Of a stretch of DNA of 20,000 bases, positions 1-8,329 are shown one piece after another. The translations under genes were made by a program, and so were the position numbers. The notes under the pieces were generated by a model. The model was not told where the DNA came from. It worked only from the letters and a program-made list of their open reading frames with translations, and did no database searches. The first letter of the stretch is position 1, and every line of letters begins with the position of its first letter. This DNA is from Planctomycetota bacterium (lineage in GTDB: Bacteria; Planctomycetota; Planctomycetia; JALXBF01): positions 54,965 through 74,964 of the forward strand of contig JALXBF010000039.1 of NCBI GenBank assembly GCA_026991575.1, read 5' to 3'.

Positions 1-2
1 GT

Positions 3-110
3 GAGTTTGAGTTGACGGTGGACTTGAGTGGCCAGCGGTGGGTTAGGTTGGAGGCATGGGACGTGGCAGTCAACGGCGCGTTCACGCAGCCTGTTTGGTT
101 GGAACCGTAG
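3..110 (+). CDS. 3' end of an uncharacterised protein (5'-truncated by window edge)
   Basis: Manual translation, open from the window edge: EFELTVDLSGQRWVRLEAWDVAVNGAFTQPVWLEP* (TAG 108-110). It reads like a natural beta-rich C-terminus. Not in the ORF track because no start codon lies in the window. Confidence 0.65.
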   Translation, partial: EFELTVDLSGQRWVRLEAWDVAVNGAFTQPVWLEP

Positions 111-131
111 CGCGGGATGGTATCGATTCAG

Positions 132-215
132 TGCGAGAGGCGGGACTCGAACCCGCACGCCCGTGAGGGCACAGGATCCTAAATCCTGCGCGTCTGCCAG
201 TTCCGCCACTCTCGC
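132..215 (-). tRNA. tRNA-Leu (anticodon TAG), CCA not encoded
   Basis: Reverse complement GCGAGAG-TGGCGGAACTGGCAGACGCG-CAGGA-TT-TAG-GA-TCCTG-long variable arm TGCCCTCACGGGCGT-GCGGG-TTCGAGT-CCCGC-CTCTCGC-A. Acceptor, anticodon and T stems all pair, with a class II variable arm. Confidence 0.97.
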
Positions 216-237
216 ATACACGCCGCGGATCCACTCT

Positions 238-266
238 ATGCTTGGACCTACGCGCGGCACTGTCAA
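238..266 (-). promoter_or_regulatory. putative sigma70-type promoter of tRNA-Leu
   Basis: On the - strand, a perfect TTGACA (266-261), a 17-bp spacer, then a weak -10 AAGCAT (243-238), about 22 nt upstream of the tRNA 5' end. Confidence 0.5.
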
Positions 267-374
267 GCACAGGATACCGCCCACGGATAGAATCCGGCTC
301 TTGTGCGGGGAACCGAATGCTCCAGGGACCGCCCCAACGGGATGCTCACTTGGGTAGCCGGTCTGCTCACCGGC

Positions 375-410
375 TTGACGCCCTGGTCAACGCCGTTGGG
401 ATTTTAGAAT
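375..410 (+). promoter_or_regulatory. putative fwdDB promoter with palindromic operator
   Basis: TTGAC-N6-GTCAA (375-390) followed by TAGAAT (405-410, 5/6 match to -10), 35 nt before the fwdD ATG. Confidence 0.4.
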
Positions 411-445
411 GCAGTGATTCGTTTCGGGGCGCCAAGGGCAAACCA

Positions 446-808
446 ATGCCGGAGCGATTCGTGCTCATCGCCGGCCGCACGGCGCGGCAAGGGACGACGT
501 TGAACAAGTCGAAGCTGGCGGGGGAGTACCTGGAAGAAATCTCCACCGTGTACATTGCCCCCGAGGACGCAGAGCGCCTGGGGCTGCGCGACGGCCAGCG
601 GGTACGGCTGAGCAGTGACCACGGGTCCGTAGTGCTGCGGTGCCGCCGGGCGCGTAAGGACGAGCTGGCACCGGGAGTCTTGTTCCTGCCTTACGGCGAT
701 GCTTCCAGCCGACTAATGGGTGCCGACACTCACGGCACGGGTATGCCCGACAGCAAAGGGCTTGACGTCGTGCTCGAACCGCTTCCGGACACAACGTCGA
801 GGGGGTGA
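446..808 (+). CDS. fwdD: formylmethanofuran dehydrogenase subunit D (molybdopterin dinucleotide-binding domain)
   Basis: 120 aa from ATG 446. Motifs GRTxxQG, PEDAERLGLRDGQRVRLSS, GVLFLPYG and DTHGTGMPDSKG match the FwdD/FmdD pattern. Lies directly before fwdB. Confidence 0.88.
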   Translation: MPERFVLIAGRTARQGTTLNKSKLAGEYLEEISTVYIAPEDAERLGLRDGQRVRLSSDHGSVVLRCRRARKDELAPGVLFLPYGDASSRLMGADTHGTGMPDSKGLDVVLEPLPDTTSRG

Positions 809-809
809 T

Positions 810-2141
810 ATGTCCGCAGAGAACGGCCGCAAACTGGTCCGCGATGTGACCTGCACGTTTTGCGGGTGCGTTTGTGATGACATCGTGCTGGAGGTTGAGG
901 GCAACCGGATTGTCAAGGCGCGCAACGCGTGTGTGCTCGGCACAGCCTGGTTCCTGAACCACGCGCCCGCGACGCTGCCCGCATGCCGGATCGACGGCAA
1001 ACCGGCACCGCTGCAGGAGGGCATCCGGTTGGCCGCCGAGATCCTGGCCGAGGCGCGGTATCCGTTAATCTACGGGTTGAGCGACACGACCAGCGAAGCG
1101 CAGCGCGTCGCCTGTCGCCTAGCCGACCGCATCGGCGCCTGCCTCGACACGACCACCTCCGTGTGCCACGGTCCTAGCGGTATGGCCTTTCAGGGCGTAG
1201 GCGAAGTGACCTGCACGCTGGGCGAAATCAAGCACCGCGCGGACCTGGTCGTGTTCTGGGGGTGTAACCCGGCCGAGTCCCATCCGCGCCACTTCACGCG
1301 CTACTCGACCATGCCTCGAGGCTTCCTCGTACCGCGCGGACGGAAGGACCGTACGGTAGTCGTGGTTGACGTGCGCAAGACGAAGAGTGCCGCAGCGGCC
1401 GACATCTTCATCCGCATCCGTCCCAGGAGCGACTTCGAAGCGCTCTGGACGTTACGCGCTCTGGTGCGCGGCCGCCACGTGGACCCTGACGAAGTGACGC
1501 GCTTGACCGGCGTTTCGTTCGAAACATGGCGCGAGCTGGCCGAGCGCATGCGGACCTGTCGTTTTGGCGTGCTGCTGTTCGGAATGGGTCTGTCGATGAC
1601 GCGGGGCAAGCACTTGAACGTGGCCGCAGCGCTTGCGCTGGCCCGCGACCTCAACGAGCACGGCCGGTTCGCGGCCAAGCCGATGCGAGGCCACGGGAAT
1701 GTCACTGGTGCGGACAACGTCGTGGCCTGGCAGACCGGCTTTCCATTCGGTGTGGGCCTGAACCGGGGCTACCCGCGGTTCAACCCTGGGGAATTCACCG
1801 CAACCGATGTGCTCTGTCGGGGCGAAGCGGATGCTGCGCTGATCATCGCGGCCGACCCGGCGGCGAACTTCGCCGAACCGGCGCGGCAGCACCTGCGGCG
1901 CATTCCGGTGATTTCACTCGACCCGAAGGACACGCCAACGGCCCGCCTGGCCCGGGTCGCTTTCTGCACCGCCCCGTACGGGATCAGCACACCCGGCACG
2001 GTCTACCGCATGGACGATGTGCCCATCTACTTGAGGCCGGCACTGCCGTCACCGCATCCGAGTGACCAGCAGGTGCTTGAGCTCCTGGACCAGGCCGTCG
2101 CGGAGGCGCTGCTCCGCCGTACGGGCTCCCCCGTGCGCTAG
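810..2141 (+). CDS. fwdB: formylmethanofuran dehydrogenase subunit B (W/Mo-bisPGD, [4Fe-4S])
   Basis: ATG 810 after a GAGGGGGTG Shine-Dalgarno, 443 aa. Motifs CTFCGCVCDD...NAC, TTSVCHGPS, TCTLGEIKHRAD, WGCNPAESHPRH, PMRGHGNV, WQTGFPF and GTVYRMDDVP. Confidence 0.93.
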   Translation: MSAENGRKLVRDVTCTFCGCVCDDIVLEVEGNRIVKARNACVLGTAWFLNHAPATLPACRIDGKPAPLQEGIRLAAEILAEARYPLIYGLSDTTSEAQRVACRLADRIGACLDTTTSVCHGPSGMAFQGVGEVTCTLGEIKHRADLVVFWGCNPAESHPRHFTRYSTMPRGFLVPRGRKDRTVVVVDVRKTKSAAAADIFIRIRPRSDFEALWTLRALVRGRHVDPDEVTRLTGVSFETWRELAERMRTCRFGVLLFGMGLSMTRGKHLNVAAALALARDLNEHGRFAAKPMRGHGNVTGADNVVAWQTGFPFGVGLNRGYPRFNPGEFTATDVLCRGEADAALIIAADPAANFAEPARQHLRRIPVISLDPKDTPTARLARVAFCTAPYGISTPGTVYRMDDVPIYLRPALPSPHPSDQQVLELLDQAVAEALLRRTGSPVR

Positions 2142-2224
2142 TGTGGTCGCCAGCTGCAGGAAGGCGTTCCGCACGCGTAAGGTCAGCATGGTAACCTGGA
2201 GACGGCGTCCGGCTGACACTCCGC

Positions 2225-3916
2225 TCAGGCCCCTCCCCGCTCACCACAATCCGGCGGCCTGTTCTGCGCGTTCCTGCCCGGGTTGGGCATGTGGACGGCC
2301 GTCGGATGGCTATCAGGCCCCGGCACGGACCGCAGGCTCATGCGGTGCTGGCCTGAGCGTACGGCCTCTTCCACGGCGCGCACCAGCGAATTGGCACTGG
2401 CTGCATCCTGGACCTCGATCATCGACGGCCAGCACCGGAACGCTGCCTCAATGACGCGCGGATCCCACTGGCTACCGGCTCCTTCCGCGAAGATCTTACG
2501 AATCTGCTCCGGGTCGCGGCGGCGGCGGTAGGCTCGGTCACTGTACATTGCATCGAAGGCGTCTGCCACGGCCAGGATGCGTCCGTCCATGCTGATCTGC
2601 TCGCCGGCAACCCCGTCCGGATACCCTTTGCCGTCGTACCGCTCATGATGGTGTCGTACGGCCGGAATGAGCTGGCGGAACCAGCGGACCTGCTCCAGGA
2701 TCGCAACGCCGATCTCCACGTGCGACATGATGTGCTCACGCTCCTCAGGCGTCAGCGGCCCGGGTTTCTTCAGCACGGCGTCATCGATCCCGATTTTGCC
2801 GATATCGTGCAGCAGGCCGGCAAGGTACAGGTTTGAGCAGCGGGTGTCGTCCAGGCCCAGTTGCTGGCCCAGCAGAACCGCAAGCTTAGCGACTCGGTGA
2901 CTATGGCCACGGGTGTAGTCGTCCTTTGCGTCGATGGCTGCGGTCAGGGCGCGCATCAAGCCAAGGAGCAGCTCCTTGAACTGGCCGGACAACTGGCGAA
3001 ACTGCTGATCATTCGCTACGGCTGCTGCGACCGGACGGAGTGCTTCGGCAAGTTCGCGGGCTGTACCTTCGTCCAGCCACCGGCACATGGCTACCAACCA
3101 GCCGGGGGGCTTGGACTGGTTGCCGGCAACGATCAGGCACTGCGGCGCGATGCCGTAGCTGCGGCGTGCCTCGTCGACCGTAGCCAGCCAACATCCCGGC
3201 GCGAACGGGCGGAGACGTTTGATGGCCCGGCCGACCACCCGGCGGTACTCGGCCGGATCGAGTGCGACGGCCCCGGCGAGCACAGGCCGCTGCGCAGGCG
3301 CGGCGGGGATCCAGGCGAGCGAGTCCAGTTGGAGCGTTTCGCACAGACCGGCAAGCAAGCTGGCCACCACGCGGCTTCCGCCCCCCGCGGCCGCACGCCG
3401 CGAGCTGGAACCGTACAGGAGCGACAGCAGCGAGGGTAGTGTCGAGAGGATCAGGCCGTGGTTCGATTTGTCCTCAGAACCTTGCCCCGAACGCATCCGA
3501 TCCACAACCGCCTGCGCCCAGCGGCGCAGGACGGCCGCGCCGGTTTCGCTGTCCTGCGCGAGCAGTTTGCCGAGCATGGACGGAGCAGCAGTGCCGCCGG
3601 CCGCACTCACGATGCGCGCCACGGCCACGCCCCGTAGCTGCCCTCCTTGCCACACCGGCAAGGCCAGAGCCCACACGTCGCGGTCCACTTCCTCCAGTTG
3701 CGCCGCCTGGCGCTCGTGGGCCAACTCCACGAGCTCCAACGCTGTCAGTGGCAGCTCAAACGGCAAATGACCCGGCAAGACCGGCACCGGCACAAACACA
3801 AATGGCACGCCGAACTCACGGTACAGCTCATCGAAGAGGCGATTGGCACCGGTTTCCCCCGCCTTCGGCCCGTCCCACGGAACTGCGGGCCAGGTCGTGA
3901 ACATCGAACTCGACAT
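2225..3916 (-). CDS. HD-GYP domain cyclic dinucleotide phosphodiesterase with long N-terminal putative sensory region
   Basis: AIDAKDDYTRGHSHRVA, LLHDIGK, HHERYDGKGYPDG and ILAVADAFDAM.SDRAYR motifs in the C-terminal half. Confidence 0.92.
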   Translation of the reverse strand: MSSSMFTTWPAVPWDGPKAGETGANRLFDELYREFGVPFVFVPVPVLPGHLPFELPLTALELVELAHERQAAQLEEVDRDVWALALPVWQGGQLRGVAVARIVSAAGGTAAPSMLGKLLAQDSETGAAVLRRWAQAVVDRMRSGQGSEDKSNHGLILSTLPSLLSLLYGSSSRRAAAGGGSRVVASLLAGLCETLQLDSLAWIPAAPAQRPVLAGAVALDPAEYRRVVGRAIKRLRPFAPGCWLATVDEARRSYGIAPQCLIVAGNQSKPPGWLVAMCRWLDEGTARELAEALRPVAAAVANDQQFRQLSGQFKELLLGLMRALTAAIDAKDDYTRGHSHRVAKLAVLLGQQLGLDDTRCSNLYLAGLLHDIGKIGIDDAVLKKPGPLTPEEREHIMSHVEIGVAILEQVRWFRQLIPAVRHHHERYDGKGYPDGVAGEQISMDGRILAVADAFDAMYSDRAYRRRRDPEQIRKIFAEGAGSQWDPRVIEAAFRCWPSMIEVQDAASANSLVRAVEEAVRSGQHRMSLRSVPGPDSHPTAVHMPNPGRNAQNRPPDCGERGGA

Positions 3917-3978
3917 GTTGCTTCCCTCGATCGAACGCGAATCGATCCCTGGCAGCGTTGCTGACAGCCCGCCACGGG

Positions 3979-4007
3979 TATCTACATTGCGGATTGCGCT
4001 TCGTCAA
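3979..4007 (-). promoter_or_regulatory. possible sigma70-type promoter for the HD-GYP gene
   Basis: On the - strand, TTGACG (4007-4002), a 17-bp spacer, then TAGATA (3984-3979). The -10 match is weak. Confidence 0.3.
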
Positions 4008-4119
4008 ACCGCCTGGCATCACCTCCCCACAGGCGTGCTGCCTGACACCACGAGCTACGGTTGAGAGAGGCGTGGCAGGAGCATGTCTGATCGGGTTGGC
4101 CACCATCACTGGTCGTGCT

Positions 4120-7100
4120 ATGAGCAAAGGAACCAAGCCGGAATCCTCCGCACATTCGCTCCAGGCAGGCTGGCCTATGGACGGCGGCGCCGTGGTGCCC
4201 TGGTTGCCGGAGGAAAGCGACGAGCAACCGGAGGGCACGGTGCCAGAGCCGATCACGCTCGGCGGATTGTTCCAGATGTGCAGCCTGTCGGGGGAGGCGG
4301 TATCGGCTGCTTCGGTCGCGGCGGTACCGTTCGACGCGCTGGATGTTGGCGACGAACTCGCAGGCTACCGCCTGATCTTGCGGCTGGGCAAGGGAGCATT
4401 CGGTCGTGTTTTCCTGGCCGAAGAGCAGAACCTGGCGCGCCGGCTGGTCGTGGTCAAGGTTTCGCAACGACAGTTAGATGAGCCGCACGCTCTGGCCCGG
4501 CTGCAGCACAGCCACATCGTGCCGATCTATTCGCTGCACGACGACCCGATCACCGGGCTTCAGGCCATCGTCATGCCGTACCTGGGCGGCACGACGATGG
4601 ATCGAATCCTGCGCACCATCGGAGATCCCACCCGAAACACGCTCTCCGGCCGCGATCTGCTTCGGATCGTCGACGGCTACACGGCCGCCGTGTATCGGCG
4701 GCTGCAGGAAGTGAACCACCTCCCTGAGAGCAGCGGGGCGGGCCAGCGCGACTGGCGCGAATCGTTCCGGTCGCTGGCCAGCCTGGTGGACATCCGCTCA
4801 GTGACCGTGTCGGCATCTTCGGTCGATATGGCCTCTTATCTGGACGACGAGGACCGGCCGGCGCAGTCCGGCCCGGCGCGCGACTGGCTCGGTGCCCTGG
4901 TTCGCAAGCTCCGTTATGACCCGGTACCGTTGGGGGACTCCCCCCGTGCCGCGCTCAGTGCACTGTGTTACGAACGGGCGGTCCAATGGATCGGTGCGCG
5001 CCTGGCCGAAGCGCTCTATCACGCCCACAGCCGCGGTGTGCTGCACCGCGACGTCAAGCCCGGCAACATCCTCATCGGCCAGGACGGCCGGCCCATGCTG
5101 CTGGACTTCAACCTCGCGTACGTCAGCTCCGAGCAAGCACAGCAGCGATGCATCGGGGGCACGTTGCCGTACATGGCTCCAGAACATCTGGAGGCCTTCG
5201 CGCGGGGCGACAGTGGCGAAGGCACCGTCGATGAGCGTGCGGATATCTACTCGTTGGGCGTCGTGCTCTACGAGCTGCTCACCGGCCGGTGCCCGTTCCC
5301 AACAGACCGTTCCGCGTCCACGCGCCAACGGCTTCAGCAACTAATTGAGAGTCGCCGGCAGCTGCCCCCCTCCGTCCGTAGCCTCAATCCGCGGGTCTCG
5401 CCTGCCTTCGCCGCCATCATTCAGAAATGCCTCCAGCCAGACCCGGCAGACCGCTATCAGTCCACGGCCCACCTGGCCGAAGACCTCCAGCGCGACCTTG
5501 AGTCGCTGCCGCTGCGGTACACTGCGGAGCCCAGCCTGCGCTACCGAGCACAGAAATGGTGCCGGCGACATCCGAAGATCACGCTCGCCGGTGCGATTGT
5601 CACCATCGGGTTGGCCGTCATCGCTGTGCTTGGCATGGCACTGGCATCGGCCGGCCAGCGGATCGCCCGCATAGACCTGGCCCAGCAGCGCGCGCGGTTC
5701 GCCCGACTGTTCCAGCAAACTCAGCTGCTCACGTACGCCGCCGTGGGCGAGCCTGGCTCCAAGGCGTTTCAGACCGCGTGGCGCAGCTGTGAGGAAGCGC
5801 TGCAGATGGTGCGTGACGCCGGACTGGTGCCGGCAGAGTCGCTGGCCAAGCCGGAGCAGGTGGACGAGGTCTTCTTCATGGCAGCGTTGCTGACCAAGGC
5901 ACGCGCTGGCGCCACGCACGATGCCGAGCGACGTCGGCAGCTCTATGAGCAGGCCCTGCGCTACCTGCGCGAGGCCCGGGCGTTGAACGCGCCGCCGAGC
6001 AGAGCGTCCCTGCTGCTGGCAGCCGAATTGCACACCCTACTGGGCAACACCACCCAGGCTACAGAGCTGCGTCAGCAGGCCGAAGAGCGACCACTCAGCA
6101 CCGCACACGACCTCGCCATGGAAGCCACCCGTGTGGCGGCTCGCCGTGACTTCGAGCAAGCCATCCCGCTGTTCCAGCGCGCGCTGCAGCTTGATCCGGG
6201 AAACTTCTGGGCCGCCTTCGGGTTGGCGGTCTGTTATCAGGCGCTGGGTCAGGTAGATGAAGCATTGGCCGCTTACTTTGCCGCCGCCAATGCGTGGCCC
6301 GAGTGCGGTTGGGTCTACTTGAACCGCGGTCAGCTGCTGGCCAACGCCGGCCGCTATGCCGACGCCCTGGCCGATTTGAATCACGCGATCAAGTTGTTGA
6401 GCAACGTCGGCCTGGCCTACGCGGCCCGAGGCAGTGTTCTGCTCAGGCTCCGCCGCTACGAGCAAGCGGCCGAGGATCTCCGGCAGGCAGTTGCCCTGGG
6501 CCCGGTGGACACGCGTCTGTTGACGGCCTACGGTACGGCGCTGGCATGGTCGGGCCAAATCGCCCGCGCGCTGGAGGTGTTCGAGCGGGCGGCGACGATC
6601 CAAGGGGCCGGCGATTCGGTGGCTATTGCTGCCGCGTCCGCTCTGGCAGATCGCGCACCACGCACGGCCATGAGCTGGCTGGACCGTGCACTGCGCGGCA
6701 ACCCGCGCAACCCGCAAGCACTGTACTTGCGGGGCTACATCCTGGCAGAGAAGCTGGACCGGCCCGAGTTGGCTCAGCTCGCGCTGGAGCAGTGCCTGAA
6801 GATCAAACCGCACCACACATCTGCCCTGGCCCTGGCGGCCCTGTTGGATGCGCGCGCCGGAAGAGACGCACGCGCGCGTCGGCGCGCGGAGCTGGCCGAG
6901 GCCATGACGGCAACCGCAGCCGATCTGTACACGCTGGCGAGCTGCTATGCGCGCCTGGCCGAGCGGGAGCCGCGCTGGAAAGCGCGCTGCGTGGAGCTGC
7001 TGCGGCGCGCCGCGGCCGCGGGCGCGGATCTGTCCCGGCTGCGCGACGATGCCGATTTCGCCCACCTGTGGCAAGACCGGGTTGCCGCTCGGCTGCTCGA

Positions 7101-7227
7101 GGAACTCCTCACGCGCACCGCTTCAGAACCTGCTCCGCCACCCGACGTGCTGCATCCCGATGCAACGCAGCCAACTCGGCTGCAGCCCCTGCACCCGGCC
7201 GACCCGACCGTTCCAGCAGCTCAATGA
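4120..7227 (+). CDS. Hanks-type Ser/Thr protein kinase with one TM segment and C-terminal TPR repeats
   Basis: GKGAFGRV, VVVK, HRDVKPGN, DFN, GGTLPYMAPE and DIYSLGVVLYELLTG. Hydrophobic stretch ITLAGAIVTIGLAVIAVLGMALA at about 5578-5646. Multiple TPR-like units (AIPLFQRALQLDP, YLNRG..ALADLNHAI). Start uncertain: ATG 4120 chosen, ORF open from 3958. Confidence 0.92.
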   Translation: MSKGTKPESSAHSLQAGWPMDGGAVVPWLPEESDEQPEGTVPEPITLGGLFQMCSLSGEAVSAASVAAVPFDALDVGDELAGYRLILRLGKGAFGRVFLAEEQNLARRLVVVKVSQRQLDEPHALARLQHSHIVPIYSLHDDPITGLQAIVMPYLGGTTMDRILRTIGDPTRNTLSGRDLLRIVDGYTAAVYRRLQEVNHLPESSGAGQRDWRESFRSLASLVDIRSVTVSASSVDMASYLDDEDRPAQSGPARDWLGALVRKLRYDPVPLGDSPRAALSALCYERAVQWIGARLAEALYHAHSRGVLHRDVKPGNILIGQDGRPMLLDFNLAYVSSEQAQQRCIGGTLPYMAPEHLEAFARGDSGEGTVDERADIYSLGVVLYELLTGRCPFPTDRSASTRQRLQQLIESRRQLPPSVRSLNPRVSPAFAAIIQKCLQPDPADRYQSTAHLAEDLQRDLESLPLRYTAEPSLRYRAQKWCRRHPKITLAGAIVTIGLAVIAVLGMALASAGQRIARIDLAQQRARFARLFQQTQLLTYAAVGEPGSKAFQTAWRSCEEALQMVRDAGLVPAESLAKPEQVDEVFFMAALLTKARAGATHDAERRRQLYEQALRYLREARALNAPPSRASLLLAAELHTLLGNTTQATELRQQAEERPLSTAHDLAMEATRVAARRDFEQAIPLFQRALQLDPGNFWAAFGLAVCYQALGQVDEALAAYFAAANAWPECGWVYLNRGQLLANAGRYADALADLNHAIKLLSNVGLAYAARGSVLLRLRRYEQAAEDLRQAVALGPVDTRLLTAYGTALAWSGQIARALEVFERAATIQGAGDSVAIAAASALADRAPRTAMSWLDRALRGNPRNPQALYLRGYILAEKLDRPELAQLALEQCLKIKPHHTSALALAALLDARAGRDARARRRAELAEAMTATAADLYTLASCYARLAEREPRWKARCVELLRRAAAAGADLSRLRDDADFAHLWQDRVAARLLEELLTRTASEPAPPPDVLHPDATQPTRLQPLHPADPTVPAAQ

Positions 7228-8329
7228 CCACCTGGCCAAGCACGGCCGGTTCGATGCACCCCGGGGGCGCTTCGGAAACGATCGGCCAGCCTAACCGATC
7301 GGCAACGTAGCAGGCGTTCTGGCGTTGGTGATCATCCGCGGCGTGGGGGTATGGAATCAGGACACATGGCACCTGGCACACCGCCGCCTCAGCGATGGCC
7401 GACGCGCCGGCCCGCATGACGAGCAGATCGGCCATGCGATACAAGTCGTCCATCTCCGCCACATGGGGGACCACGCACGCCTCCAGCGCTCGGTCGGCAT
7501 ACATGCGCCGCACTGCAGGCCAGTGACGGACCCCGGTCTGGTGCACGATCCAGACCTGCCGATCCGCCAGCATCTCAGCCAGTTTGACAGTGGCGTGATT
7601 CAAGCTCTGAGCCCCCTGGCTCCCACCCACCGCGGCAACCACGCGGGGCGTCCCCTCGGGCCGCTCGGCCACGCGCCTCACAGCGGCAGCCCGCACGATC
7701 CGGTCGCGTACCGGGACCCCGGTCACCAGCGCCGGGCAGCGCGGGTTCATCCGCCGTAGCGTCTCGGGAGTACCCGCGCAGACCAGGTCGGCTAACGCCA
7801 GCAGACAGCGGTTGGCTCGGCCCGGGACTACGTTCGGTTCGAAAAGCACCACGTGCCAACCCAGGCTCCGCGCGGCCACAGCTGCCGGAACCGCAGCATA
7901 TCCGCCAAACGATACCAACACGCCTCTGCGCGCGAACCTGGTCAGCACGCCGCGGAGCCAGGCGAGGACGGCGGCCGAACCGGCCAGATAGCGGCCCAAC
8001 GCCCTAAGGCCGGTCTCCCGCTTCTGCATCGGCACCACACGCCGCTCGACCCCCTCGGGCAACTGGCCGCTCAAGTCGACACCTCTGTCACCGGTGGTAC
8101 CCAGCAACATGATGGGTAACTCAGGCGCCAGCCGGCGCAGCTGTTCAGCGAGCGCGACGGCCGGGTAGAAGTGTCCGCCGGTCCCGCCTGCGGCCAGCAC
8201 CACACCACAGCGTGCCCGCAGGGAACCCACCTCAACTGGTAATTGCCTCAGCTCCACGGTGCGCCTCCGTGCTGGTCCATTTCCCCCTCTCGCCTGGCAG
8301 CTTGTACCTTCTTGGCCAGTAATGCTCAA
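7109..8329 (-). CDS. murG: undecaprenyl-PP-MurNAc-pentapeptide GlcNAc transferase
   Basis: GGTGGH, FGGY, EPNVVPGRANR, GVPVR, GGSQGA, RAGASAIAE and PYPHAADDHQRQNA. The TTG start overlaps the ftsW stop, but the true start could be up to about 35 codons downstream. Confidence 0.95.
   Translation of the reverse strand: MSITGQEGTSCQARGGNGPARRRTVELRQLPVEVGSLRARCGVVLAAGGTGGHFYPAVALAEQLRRLAPELPIMLLGTTGDRGVDLSGQLPEGVERRVVPMQKRETGLRALGRYLAGSAAVLAWLRGVLTRFARRGVLVSFGGYAAVPAAVAARSLGWHVVLFEPNVVPGRANRCLLALADLVCAGTPETLRRMNPRCPALVTGVPVRDRIVRAAAVRRVAERPEGTPRVVAAVGGSQGAQSLNHATVKLAEMLADRQVWIVHQTGVRHWPAVRRMYADRALEACVVPHVAEMDDLYRMADLLVMRAGASAIAEAAVCQVPCVLIPYPHAADDHQRQNACYVADRLGWPIVSEAPPGCIEPAVLGQVVIELLERSGRPGAGAAAELAALHRDAARRVAEQVLKRCA

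Noticed and set aside
242..445. Longer N-terminus for fwdD, and the 720 start for fwdB, as given in the ORF track
   Set aside because: The fwdD extension overlaps promoter-like elements and the fwdB extension overlaps fwdD. Family similarity begins at ATG 446 and ATG 810.
1164..1166. Selenocysteine at the FwdB metal ligand (FwuB type)
   Set aside because: The codon is TGC (Cys), not TGA.
132..2141. fwdDB as a tRNA-integrated genomic island
   Set aside because: It lies on the tRNA 5' side, with no integrase, no att repeat and no obvious compositional shift.
3917..4119. c-di-GMP riboswitch upstream of the HD-GYP gene
   Set aside because: No GEMM-type consensus was recognised on either strand by eye. 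An Infernal/Rfam scan would be decisive.
6037..7310. Long alternative ORFs (6037-7074 minus, 6294-7310 plus) within the kinase
   Set aside because: They are shadow frames expected at high GC, with biased composition and no motifs.
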